Position numbers and translations under genes: made by a program. Source: Pseudodesulfovibrio piezophilus C1TLV30 (GTDB lineage Bacteria; Desulfobacterota; Desulfovibrionia; Desulfovibrionales; Desulfovibrionaceae). From it: a DNA stretch of 32,000 bases. The stretch lies in contig NC_020409.1 of the NCBI RefSeq assembly GCF_000341895.1, positions 870,001 to 902,000 on the forward strand, in the 5' to 3' direction. Under the pieces are notes generated by a model. That model saw nothing but the letters and a program-made list of their open reading frames with translations. It was not told the DNA's origin and searched no databases. Below, piece by piece: positions 21,345 to 29,685 of this stretch (position 1 is the first letter of the stretch; the number at the start of each line of letters is the position of its first letter).

Positions 21345-21701
21345 TCACCCTTCCTCACGAATATGATCAAGTCCCTGAGAAACCAGATTTCGAACATGAT
21401 CATCGTCCAAAGAGTAAAACACGTTCTTCCCTTCCTTGCGATACCGTACCAATTTGGCAGCACGCAAAAGCCTGAGTTGGTGCGAAATGGCCGACTGCGA
21501 CATATCCAGAACTTCAGCCAAGGCGCAGACGCACAACTCATTGATGGAAAGTGCATACAGAATCCTGACACGCGTATAGTCGCCAAGGGCCTTGAACAAC
21601 TCTGCCATGAACAGAAAATCCCGTTCGGAGAGCATTTTTTCTCGGACCTTGCCCACGTTTTCAGCGTGTTGCGTCGTATCACTGCATGCTATATTCGACA
21701 T
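21345..21701 (-). CDS. arsR: ArsR/SmtB-family metalloregulatory repressor
   Basis: The wHTH region is ELCVCALAEVLDMSQSAISHQLRLLRAAKLV. The ELCVC motif is an alpha3-type thiolate sensing site. The C-terminus reads FYSLDDDHV. Confidence 0.9.
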   Translation of the reverse strand: MSNIACSDTTQHAENVGKVREKMLSERDFLFMAELFKALGDYTRVRILYALSINELCVCALAEVLDMSQSAISHQLRLLRAAKLVRYRKEGKNVFYSLDDDHVRNLVSQGLDHIREEG

Positions 21702-21711
21702 GTTTACCTCA

Positions 21712-21771
21712 ATATCATATGAGCAGTTGCTCAGTTGTAATAAACGTACCCTCGTCCAAAGCGAGAGTCAA
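21712..21771 (-). promoter_or_regulatory. Candidate arsR promoter and operator
   Basis: On the minus strand the -35 is TTGACT (21771-21766), the spacer is 17 nt, and the -10 is TACGTT (21748-21743). Downstream lie the palindrome TGAGCAacTGCTCA (21720-21733) and ATATcATAT (21712-21720), 11-32 nt before the arsR ATG. Confidence 0.35.
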
Positions 21772-21784
21772 GCGTGAGAAGCGC

Positions 21785-21817
21785 AAAAAAAGCCGCCTTC
21801 AATCTGAAGACGGCTTT
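21785..21817 (-). terminator. Intrinsic terminator of tpx
   Basis: The hairpin is agccgtcttca-gat-tgaaggcggct (10 of 11 bp paired). On the minus strand it is followed by a T7 run. Confidence 0.75.
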
Positions 21818-21837
21818 ACATTCTTCATTTCAGCGTA

Positions 21838-22356
21838 TTAGCCGACGAGAGCCTTGGCTGCATCCAGTGCAGCCCCATAATCAGGCTCATCAGTAATTTC
21901 AGGCAGGTATTCTACATAAGCGACCTTGCCTTCCTTGTCGACCACGAAAACGGCCCGAGTCAAAAGACGCAATTCCTTGACCAAAGTCCCCCACCCCTCA
22001 CCGAAGGAAGCATCCTTATGATCGGAAAGGGTCTTCACTGCATCCACCCCCGCAGCTCCGCACCATCGGGCCTGAGCAAAGGGCAAATCCATGGAGACGG
22101 TGAGGATCGTGACATCATCGCCAAGAGCCGCAGCTTCAGTATTGAAACGGCGAGTTTCCATATCGCAAACAGGAGTGTCAAGGGAAGGGACGGATGCGAT
22201 GATCAGAACCTTTCCCGCAAAGTCAGCCAGCGATGCCGACGACATGTCATTTCCTGCCAATACAAAGTCAGGAGCGGTATCGCCAACCTTAATCTCCGGT
22301 CCTATCAATGTCAGGGGATCACCCTGAAAAGTAGCAACTCCATTTCTTTCACTCAT
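21838..22356 (-). CDS. tpx: Thiol peroxidase (atypical 2-Cys peroxiredoxin)
   Basis: APDFVL and SVPSLDTPVCDMETRRFN are present; the latter contains the peroxidatic Cys. The length is 172 aa. Confidence 0.92.
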   Translation of the reverse strand: MSERNGVATFQGDPLTLIGPEIKVGDTAPDFVLAGNDMSSASLADFAGKVLIIASVPSLDTPVCDMETRRFNTEAAALGDDVTILTVSMDLPFAQARWCGAAGVDAVKTLSDHKDASFGEGWGTLVKELRLLTRAVFVVDKEGKVAYVEYLPEITDEPDYGAALDAAKALVG

Positions 22357-22496
22357 GAGTATTCTCCTTATTGATCTCTTTTCATATCAGAGCTTCAGCA
22401 TAACACGCGATTGCCTTTGCATCAAAGAGTTTTGTCATTTTCGCCCCATCTCACCATGACATATTACCTCGGCCTGTCAAGGCGGAATGGTATCGA

Positions 22497-25451
22497 CTAC
22501 CCAAGCCCAAGGCGCTGCAATGTAAGATATTTGCGACCGGCATTTTCAATTATTTCCATCACCATGTCGCGATGTTCCAATCCCACGCCCTGGAGTTCTT
22601 CCAAGAGTTGAACAACCTTTTTCTCCTCTTCGAGGTACCCCAAGACAACCTCAGGAATATCTCTTACCGAGACCAGCGTACTGGCCCATCCCATGCCTTC
22701 CTGATACATCATCTTTGCAGACACAAAAGAAGCTATCAACGCCAACTGATGCCGACGCGGAATATCCCGGACAATCCGATCCCGATATTTCTCAACAAGG
22801 ATAGCCGGGCAGTATGAAAGCAGGACATCACACAACTTCGGATCATCGGCCAAGATCCCAACACCTTCTTCAAGAACCAGGGCAACATGATCAGCCAATG
22901 TATTAATTGAGTTTGAAAGCTCATAGGATAGCTGAGTAATCGTTCGCTTCCCTCCCGCCATTTTGTACTCACGCATGAGCAACCGGGCTTCACTGCGAGC
23001 ACGAGCACGCAAAATAACCATCAATTGCGCCACATAAGTCTCTTTTATCTCGAGGAACTCAGACTCAGAAAGAATCAAGCCAGCAAGGATTTCATAGGAT
23101 GAACAAATAACACCAGTCTTGTTCGCCGATGGTCCCGGCACAGCCAAGACCCCAACCCGCTCCATCTCGGCCCGAGCTTCAGCCGAAATAAAGATATTGG
23201 CACCTTCCACAAGCCCTCTCGCCGAAGATGTGCCATCTTCCAAGAGGAAACGCTTCCAGTTCGACATATTAATCGTATCCGGACGTCCTCCAGACGGGAT
23301 GAATATATCCGCCACAGCAGTATTATGCAGCTCATTCCTAATGCGGGTTCCCGCTGGATCTTCGGTGGAAACAACAAAAGCATTTTCTCCCTTGAGTCTC
23401 GATTTATCAAAATGAGAAGCTTTATAATTTCCCTCAATAAGCCGAAGCAGCTCGGCATGATCCATCCCTTCGGGATCATAGGTTGCTCCGTGGCCATCGG
23501 TCATGGCCACGATTCGGGCATTCTCGCCATATTCACGAATCAGAATCTTCATGACATTCGAAGCCACATCACCGGCTGGCCCACCTGTAAGCTTGACTGT
23601 AAAGGGCTCACTTCTCGGATCTATGCCAAGAGTCTTGAGTAACTCTTCGGCAAAGACAATCACACCTTCGCTCGTGACACCATATTCTTTATGGGCAATA
23701 CCAGCACCGGGCTTGGAGCTCATGAAAGCACTGGGCCACTTGTACCCGCGCAACTCCGCGCGCTTGGTTATCCACATGATATGTTGCGGCGTAATATTTT
23801 CATCAGGGCCGAGGAATATCTGCTCTTCCCTACCAAGATAATCAACAATACCAGGCAGAACAAATTCATTTTTGCCCTTTGGCACAACGAGCAAATCGAG
23901 GAAAGAATCAACCATGCTTCGAACCGCCAACTCAATATCCGCATCCGGCCCGAGCAGAATCACTGCTTTGGACCCTCCTTCCGGAATATCCTTGTTCTTG
24001 AGTTGCTGGGCGCTGGCCAATTTCGTAACTTCGTCGAAAAGACGATTGGACTCCAATTCAAAATGTTCCTGTGTCCATGTGGGGACCACTCTCACGCCAC
24101 CTCGCGCTATATCCCTATAGCGAACATGAAATGCAAAACTGTATGGACCATGGAAGCAATATATGCCGAAGGGTCTTTCCTCCTTGGGCATCGGAGCAAG
24201 AATCATCGGGTCAAGCCGAAAACTCAGGCCAAGTTTTTCCGGCAGGTAATAATTAGTACGCAGAGTATACCGGAAAAACCGGTAGATATAGACCAGAATT
24301 CTACGATGAACGACGTTAGATATCTGCCGAATTTCTTCCCGCACTTCCTGCCTGCGAGAGCTTCGAATGGTTACACGATCACCCTGAAATTCAGGATTGA
24401 AGCGTGCATCGAAGTACCCCATGAGCTTTGCCACTATATCGCGATGCTTGAGGACAACATAGGTAATCCTGCTGGAACTATAGGCATGCATGTCTTCGCT
24501 GATGAGAAATTGATGCGCGAATTCGCTGGCAGCCTGCATGAGCATGACTTGCCCCAATTCCCATCCATCATCCTCTGAGAGCGCTTCAAGTCCGTGAAAG
24601 GCGAACCACTTGGTCAATTCGCATTGCCTTTTGAAGCGTCTCCATTGCTCCGAATCTTCTTGCATATCTATGCGAGCGCGATCCAAGTAGAAGCTCATGG
24701 TCACGATTGGTGACTTGTCTCCCCGCTCAAACTGATCCGAATAGGCTCTATCCACCGGTATATTTTCACGTGCGAAGAGATTCACCACACGAAGCAGCAA
24801 TCCCTTTCGCGGCGGGTTTTCCATGGCAATTGCTATACGGTCAAAACCTGGATGCACCTCCTTTTCCAGCAGGACCTGAACACCTTCCTTATTTTCTACA
24901 CCAAGACATGTCTTAAAATGACGAAGAGCTCTTCTCGGCTCGAATTTCTCGATATAATCCGCGCTGGCTGAAGCCAGGAAATGTTCGAACGCCTCAGCAT
25001 CATCTTCATTTATGGATACTTCACCATCCCGCGCCATCCCCAGTGCATTGCGCAGAGGCTCCTCGCCATCCGGAGAGATTTGTGGACCGAAAATCAACGT
25101 GTCCAACCGAATTGTATCGTCATGACTGGAGTAGATGCGGGCAATTTGAATATCTTTGTCAATGTATTCCTTCAGAACCCCGGCCAAGGCTCTCATATCC
25201 CCACCAGGGGTTATATGAGTGACCATGGAACCGCTCTGACTATGCAGGGCCATGGATTGTTTCTCATCCCGGACCATGCCGGAGACCAAGGCCATGACGT
25301 GTTTTATCTGTTCCTCTTCACTGTGAGTTCGGAAATAATATTCCGGCATATCGCCCAAAAACCATGGAATCAGTTTTTCGGCGGATGCATGCAGTTTTTT
25401 TTCCACTTTACCACGAATAACCGACGGATCAACCTTCAAAGTATCGCCCAT
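22497..25451 (-). CDS. gdh: Large-form NAD-specific glutamate dehydrogenase (about 110 kDa class)
   Basis: The protein is 984 aa. Its catalytic core reads ARGGVRVV...LASAQQLKNKDIPEGGSKAVILL, matching the RGG...KN..IP.GG.K pattern of large GDHs. Long N- and C-terminal extensions flank the core. Confidence 0.75.
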   Translation of the reverse strand: MGDTLKVDPSVIRGKVEKKLHASAEKLIPWFLGDMPEYYFRTHSEEEQIKHVMALVSGMVRDEKQSMALHSQSGSMVTHITPGGDMRALAGVLKEYIDKDIQIARIYSSHDDTIRLDTLIFGPQISPDGEEPLRNALGMARDGEVSINEDDAEAFEHFLASASADYIEKFEPRRALRHFKTCLGVENKEGVQVLLEKEVHPGFDRIAIAMENPPRKGLLLRVVNLFARENIPVDRAYSDQFERGDKSPIVTMSFYLDRARIDMQEDSEQWRRFKRQCELTKWFAFHGLEALSEDDGWELGQVMLMQAASEFAHQFLISEDMHAYSSSRITYVVLKHRDIVAKLMGYFDARFNPEFQGDRVTIRSSRRQEVREEIRQISNVVHRRILVYIYRFFRYTLRTNYYLPEKLGLSFRLDPMILAPMPKEERPFGIYCFHGPYSFAFHVRYRDIARGGVRVVPTWTQEHFELESNRLFDEVTKLASAQQLKNKDIPEGGSKAVILLGPDADIELAVRSMVDSFLDLLVVPKGKNEFVLPGIVDYLGREEQIFLGPDENITPQHIMWITKRAELRGYKWPSAFMSSKPGAGIAHKEYGVTSEGVIVFAEELLKTLGIDPRSEPFTVKLTGGPAGDVASNVMKILIREYGENARIVAMTDGHGATYDPEGMDHAELLRLIEGNYKASHFDKSRLKGENAFVVSTEDPAGTRIRNELHNTAVADIFIPSGGRPDTINMSNWKRFLLEDGTSSARGLVEGANIFISAEARAEMERVGVLAVPGPSANKTGVICSSYEILAGLILSESEFLEIKETYVAQLMVILRARARSEARLLMREYKMAGGKRTITQLSYELSNSINTLADHVALVLEEGVGILADDPKLCDVLLSYCPAILVEKYRDRIVRDIPRRHQLALIASFVSAKMMYQEGMGWASTLVSVRDIPEVVLGYLEEEKKVVQLLEELQGVGLEHRDMVMEIIENAGRKYLTLQRLGLG

Positions 25452-25534
25452 TGTTTACTCCGCTTGGTGTTTGAGGAACTCTCTCATATTGGTTTTGTGC
25501 ATGGCCTGGTTCAAGGAGTCAAGCTTTGACAGAT

Positions 25535-25566
25535 AATCATTCACAATGATTGTGAGACATTATAAT
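25535..25566. promoter_or_regulatory. Nested palindromes and back-to-back TATAAT boxes in the divergent gdh/cheV control region
   Basis: TCACAATgATTGTGA (25541-25555) is a perfect 7-1-7 palindrome. It overlaps AATCATTcacAATGATT (25535-25551). The string attataat gives TATAAT on the plus strand (25561-25566) and on the minus strand (25564-25559). Each box lies about 107 nt from its gene's ATG. Confidence 0.4.
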
Positions 25567-25672
25567 TTCTTGTTTAACAACCCAATATCGTGGACATAAA
25601 GGACTTGCCGAGCTATAGATTAACAGGCCAGCCCCCGGTGGCGATATAGCAACCTGCCAACGAGGTAGTGAC

Positions 25673-26614
25673 ATGAAGAAAAGTGAAGTCGACACAGGAA
25701 TACTCTTGGAGACCGGAACCAACGAACTGGAAATCCTTGAATTCTATATTGTCGAAACCATGGATAATGGCGAAGAAGTCAAAAATTATTTCGGAATCAA
25801 TGTGGCCAAGGTCATGCAGGTTATCGAAACCCCCAATCTCGATCCACCGGAGTCGGCCCCACACCCGTCCTTCATGGGAACCATTCCGCTCCGTGACCTT
25901 ATTTTGCCGGTTCTTGATCTGTCCGTATGGCTCGAACTCGAAATGCCGAAAACAGAACGGGATATCGTCATCGTGACGGAATTTTCAAAATCCGTCACAG
26001 GCTTCCTTGTCTCAGGCGTGACTGAAATCCACCGCGTGGGGTGGGGAGAAGTCATCCCCCCATCCAGCGTCATTTCACAATCCACCGATGCCATTGTCGG
26101 ACTTGTGGACAAAGGAGGACGCTTCATTCAGCTTCTCGACCTGGAAACCATTCTGACCCAAATTCAGCCGGATATGGCACACGAATTCATCACGGCGTCC
26201 AGACAATACAAAATTCTGGTCGCCGATGATTCTGCCACAATCAGGATGATGGTCGAAAAGAATCTTACCCAAGCCAATTTTCTTCCATGCATCACCAATA
26301 ATGGAGATGAAGCTTTGAGAAAGGCCATGTCATACAAGGCCCAGGCAGAAGAAGAAGGAAACGACATCACAGATTATGTTGATCTGGTTGTTTCTGATAT
26401 CGAAATGCCACTCATGGATGGGTTCAGTCTGACAAAAAAGCTCAAGGAAGATCCGATATTAGGTAAATTGCCTGTTATCCTGTATTCGTCTATCATTACC
26501 AAGGAATTACGGCACAAGGGAGAATCCGTCGGAGCCAACATACAAATTTCCAAACCAGACCTGCACACAATTCCAGAAAAAGCTCTTGAACTTATTGAAG
26601 GAAAAACAGCGTGA
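25673..26614 (+). CDS. cheV: Chemotaxis coupling protein CheV (CheW-like domain + receiver domain)
   Basis: The N-terminal CheW-like domain includes ELEILEFYI and GLVDKGGRFIQLLDLE. The C-terminal REC domain includes ILVADDSATIRMM, VVSDIEMPLMDG and ISKP. GAGG lies 7 nt upstream of the ATG. Confidence 0.9.
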   Translation: MKKSEVDTGILLETGTNELEILEFYIVETMDNGEEVKNYFGINVAKVMQVIETPNLDPPESAPHPSFMGTIPLRDLILPVLDLSVWLELEMPKTERDIVIVTEFSKSVTGFLVSGVTEIHRVGWGEVIPPSSVISQSTDAIVGLVDKGGRFIQLLDLETILTQIQPDMAHEFITASRQYKILVADDSATIRMMVEKNLTQANFLPCITNNGDEALRKAMSYKAQAEEEGNDITDYVDLVVSDIEMPLMDGFSLTKKLKEDPILGKLPVILYSSIITKELRHKGESVGANIQISKPDLHTIPEKALELIEGKTA

Positions 26615-27018
26615 CCCATAACGGCGATGAAGTGCTTGAAGTATTCATAGAAGAAGCTGTCGAAAGGCTGACGGCAGTAGAAGCGGGTTTGTTAAAACTG
26701 GAGACACAGGCATCCAGTAACCCGACACTCGTCAATTCGATCTTTCGAGATGCCCATTCAGTCAAGGCAGGAGCCAACTTGCTCAAGCTCTCAGTCATCG
26801 AAGAGCTTGCACACAAGTTGGAAAATGTCCTGGAAATGATCCGCAAGGGAAAGCTCTACCCCAGCGAAGCAATTGTCACGGCCAGTCTTGAATCTGTCGA
26901 CAAGCTCAGGGAGTTACTGGATGACGTGGAAAATAGCCACGATATCAGCATCCTGCTACATACCACGATGCTTGAGAATGCAGTTCAAAAAACACTTGAA
27001 GAGCATCCCCAATCATAG
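26611..27018 (+). CDS. Stand-alone HPt (CheA P1-like histidine phosphotransfer) protein
   Basis: LEVFIEEAVERL...IFRDAHSVKAGANLL...ELAHKLENVLEMIR matches the CheA P1/HPt four-helix pattern, with the phosphoacceptor His in the HSVKAGA motif. The GTG start overlaps the cheV stop as GTGA. Confidence 0.8.
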   Translation: MTHNGDEVLEVFIEEAVERLTAVEAGLLKLETQASSNPTLVNSIFRDAHSVKAGANLLKLSVIEELAHKLENVLEMIRKGKLYPSEAIVTASLESVDKLRELLDDVENSHDISILLHTTMLENAVQKTLEEHPQS

Positions 27019-27032
27019 TGCGCCAAGAACCT

Positions 27033-27050
27033 GGGCGGAGCAATCCGCCC
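27033..27050. terminator. Hairpin between convergent genes
   Basis: The hairpin is gggcgga-gcaa-tccgccc, a 7-bp GC-rich stem. It lies between the HPt stop (27018) and the stop of the minus-strand ORF (27069). The flanking U-runs are weak. Confidence 0.45.
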
Positions 27051-27068
27051 TCCAGGCTCTCAAGGGGG

Positions 27069-27578
27069 TTAATTCTTGAACGCTTTCAGAAATTCACCAG
27101 CTTCCTGCATTTGAGAAAATGACGTATTCTTGAAGACCTCACTTTCCACGGCTGCAAGAAATTCTTCATGACTGACTTCGTCAATATTGATCATCACACC
27201 CTTTATCTGAAAGTACATCTGTAAAAAAACTGCAAAGGGTTCGTCTGTTAAACACTTGGTAACGCTGCGGGCATCTGTCAACGTCGTGAACGGTTTATTC
27301 ATTCCACCAAGATGAAACATATCCAGCCCGCTTTCCCCATCTGTCACCACACCAAGCAGGTTGAACGTTTTCAACTTCTCAACAAACTCGTCAGTGAGAT
27401 TGGGAAATTCCATAATTTCTTTCTTGGGAAACATGGCCGCAAAAACCATCTGACCGGCTTCATCCGTCATAGTATGGCGAAAGACAGTCTCCTCATGGTT
27501 TTTCCGGGCCGCTTTGATGGTCTCATAGAGGTCGCAGGCGAAAGCAAGCTTAAGGTCTTCCATGACTTCGGTATTCAT
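27069..27578 (-). CDS. Hypothetical acidic cytoplasmic protein (169 aa), no recognisable motif
   Basis: The start is set at MNTEVMEDLK (ATG 27578) with GGAG 7 nt upstream. The track ORF's 30-aa extension has no RBS support. No TM segment or signal peptide is visible. Confidence 0.6.
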   Translation of the reverse strand: MNTEVMEDLKLAFACDLYETIKAARKNHEETVFRHTMTDEAGQMVFAAMFPKKEIMEFPNLTDEFVEKLKTFNLLGVVTDGESGLDMFHLGGMNKPFTTLTDARSVTKCLTDEPFAVFLQMYFQIKGVMINIDEVSHEEFLAAVESEVFKNTSFSQMQEAGEFLKAFKN

Positions 27579-27762
27579 ATTAATCTCCAATTTTATGCAG
27601 AGGTAGCGTCTTTTCAGCAGAGAGACAAATACGCTATCAGATTTCAGTAAGAGAACAGTGCGCCCCACACCTCATCTCTCAAAAAAAATGAAAGGTGTCC
27701 ACACCACCATGCGAGGTAACACTCAAAGGCAGACTTACAGCCAATGAAGGCCTTGTAAATGA

Positions 27763-29607
27763 CTAGATAATTCCATGCAGAGGGCCACCCGGAGCGCCCA
27801 AGGCATCCACCCGTTTTTCCACATCAGGATCAGCCTCCAGAGGCGGAGCATGGTATGTCTTGAGCCGAGCATCGATGATAACTGCGGTTTCTGCACCCCA
27901 GTGTTTGGCATGTGTGAACCCACCGACACCATACATATCAGTTGCCGGGTCCGAACGTGTGAAAGTGACCCAAAGGAAGTTATCCCAATCCATGGCGGTA
28001 AAATTGGCATCGTCCGCGACTACCACCATTGGGAAGCCTTCAATACCTTTGGCCTTGGCTAGACTCTGGGCCAGACGATCCAACGCGGGGTCTTGATAGT
28101 CTCTTTTCTTTTGATGCTTTGGTCCCTTGAGTACTAAAATTCCCGGAGCAAATATTTGTGGATCACGAAATCCGCGAGGTAAATCCATACCAGACGGCAT
28201 CTCCGTTGCCAAAGAGCGTTGACGCTTACCGGCAGCAGCGAAGATCAATTTCGACCCCTGATTCAAGCTGATACCGGAGTAATCCAATGTATCAATGGTG
28301 GTTCGCGTCATAAAGTGCAAGTCGCGTTTCAAATCCACCCGTTCCAACATATGCCTGAAAAATTCCGGGATATTATGACAGTTGAGACCTGCCGGCATAT
28401 CCTCCCTGGCTGATATAAATACATACTTTGACAAAGAGGTCTGTGTATTGCCCAGAAGAGCCATGGCATTGGTCAGAAGTTCCTGCGGCTGCCGCTCTTC
28501 GGCATACGGGACATATCGTTCACTCCCTACAGCCAGCAAAAGAGGATGAACTCCAGCGGCGTCGACCGCGTGCACCTCATGGACACCGGAAAAGACCGAA
28601 GGAACCAACTCGGCGGTCATTTCATGAATGAAATCACCGAAAACAGTGTCTTCCTGAGGAGGCCTTCCCACCGTGGTGAACGGCCAAATTGCACCGGTTC
28701 GATGGAAGACCTTATCCACTTTGAGCACCGGAAAATCGTGTGTTAAACTGTAATAGCCAAGATGATCACCAAACGGTCCTTCCGGTTTTTCCACGCCTTT
28801 GGATACAGTACCGCAGATACAAAAATCAGACTCTGCCGGGATGGGAAGTCCACCTTCACGGGCAACCATAGGGATACGATGACCACCCATGGCTCCGGCG
28901 AAAAATATCTCTGCAACCCCTTCGGGCAAAGGCATGACCGCCGCCAGGGTCATGGCAGGCGCTCCTCCGACAAAAATATTGACTTTCAACGCTTCGCCAT
29001 TCTCAAGAGCCTGCGCATGATGATGCCCGATACCGCGATGAATCTGATAATGTAGTCCGATTTCCTTGTCCGGGATAAAATCATTCCCCGAAAGTTGGAC
29101 CCTGTACATGCCAAGATTTGACCCGGCATAGCCTGGTGCATCAGGGCTTTCCGAATAAACCTGAGGCAAGGTTACATATCCTCCGCCATCCATGGGCCAT
29201 GAAATAAGTTGAGGAAGTCTGGAGATGGTTGTCTCATTTTCCAGCACCGGTCCCCATTTTTTCTTTCTCGGTATGGTATGCCAGGCTGTTCGAGGTGCGC
29301 CAAGGTACTGCCAAGGACGTTTCAGCGCATCCAAAGGGCTGAGTTTGAGTTTCATCAATCGCTTTACTGTCTCAATAGTATCACGAAAAATGAACTGCAT
29401 CCGCTCTTTGGTTCCATAAATATTGGCAGCCATGGGGAACCGGCACCCTTTCACATTCGTGAAGAGGAGAGCCGGCCCTCCGGCCTGAAAAACTCTGCGC
29501 TGAATGGCACCGATTTCGATATTCGCATCGATAGCCTTATCGATCTGTACAAGTTCACCTTTCGCCTCAAGTGCATCAAGGCATTGTCGAGTATTCGTAT
29601 ATCCCAT
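27763..29607 (-). CDS. ubiD: Long-form UbiD-family prenyl-FMN-dependent decarboxylase (possibly the menaquinone/futalosine-branch decarboxylase)
   Basis: The N-terminus (LEAKGELVQIDKAIDANIEIGAIQRRV...GGPALLF) and core (GMYRVQL, HHH..., FVGG.P) are UbiD-like. At 614 aa it resembles the about 600-aa homologues I recall from futalosine-pathway organisms. Confidence 0.85.
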   Translation of the reverse strand: MGYTNTRQCLDALEAKGELVQIDKAIDANIEIGAIQRRVFQAGGPALLFTNVKGCRFPMAANIYGTKERMQFIFRDTIETVKRLMKLKLSPLDALKRPWQYLGAPRTAWHTIPRKKKWGPVLENETTISRLPQLISWPMDGGGYVTLPQVYSESPDAPGYAGSNLGMYRVQLSGNDFIPDKEIGLHYQIHRGIGHHHAQALENGEALKVNIFVGGAPAMTLAAVMPLPEGVAEIFFAGAMGGHRIPMVAREGGLPIPAESDFCICGTVSKGVEKPEGPFGDHLGYYSLTHDFPVLKVDKVFHRTGAIWPFTTVGRPPQEDTVFGDFIHEMTAELVPSVFSGVHEVHAVDAAGVHPLLLAVGSERYVPYAEERQPQELLTNAMALLGNTQTSLSKYVFISAREDMPAGLNCHNIPEFFRHMLERVDLKRDLHFMTRTTIDTLDYSGISLNQGSKLIFAAAGKRQRSLATEMPSGMDLPRGFRDPQIFAPGILVLKGPKHQKKRDYQDPALDRLAQSLAKAKGIEGFPMVVVADDANFTAMDWDNFLWVTFTRSDPATDMYGVGGFTHAKHWGAETAVIIDARLKTYHAPPLEADPDVEKRVDALGAPGGPLHGII

Positions 29608-29685
29608 TATGATTCCCTTTCAAGTTTGTGACAAAAGAATCTAGACGGAAAGAGAGGAAATGTTAAGAGAAGAGATGAAAGCGAT

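Noticed and set aside
23691-24578. 295-aa plus-strand ORF antisense to gdh (also 24981..25529, 182 aa).
   Set aside because: These are shadow ORFs within a long gene, with no RBS and no recognisable domain. Long antisense frames are expected in a 3-kb gene at this GC content.
25395-25402. Homopolymer runs of 8 (T8 at 25395-25402 in gdh; similar runs near 7676 and 18123) as phase-variation tracts.
   Set aside because: They encode Lys-Lys(-Asn) with the AAA codon preference seen throughout the window. The reading frames are intact, and the runs are short for slipped-strand switching.
25541-25555. Reading the palindrome as a CRP/FNR or Rex operator.
   Set aside because: Those sites read TGTGA...TCACA (for Rex, TTGTGAA-N-TTCACAA). 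Here the half-sites are inverted (TCACA...TGTGA) and separated by 5 nt, so the geometry does not fit. I left it as an unassigned operator.
25600-25672. Sigma28 (FliA) promoter upstream of cheV (TAAAG ... GCCGAgcta).
   Set aside because: The TAAAG and GCCGA elements are only about 5 nt apart instead of about 15, and no alternative -35 lies at the right distance.
27579-27668. 30-aa N-terminal extension of the 169-aa hypothetical protein.
   Set aside because: There is no RBS at 27668, whereas GGAG lies 7 nt before the internal ATG at 27578.
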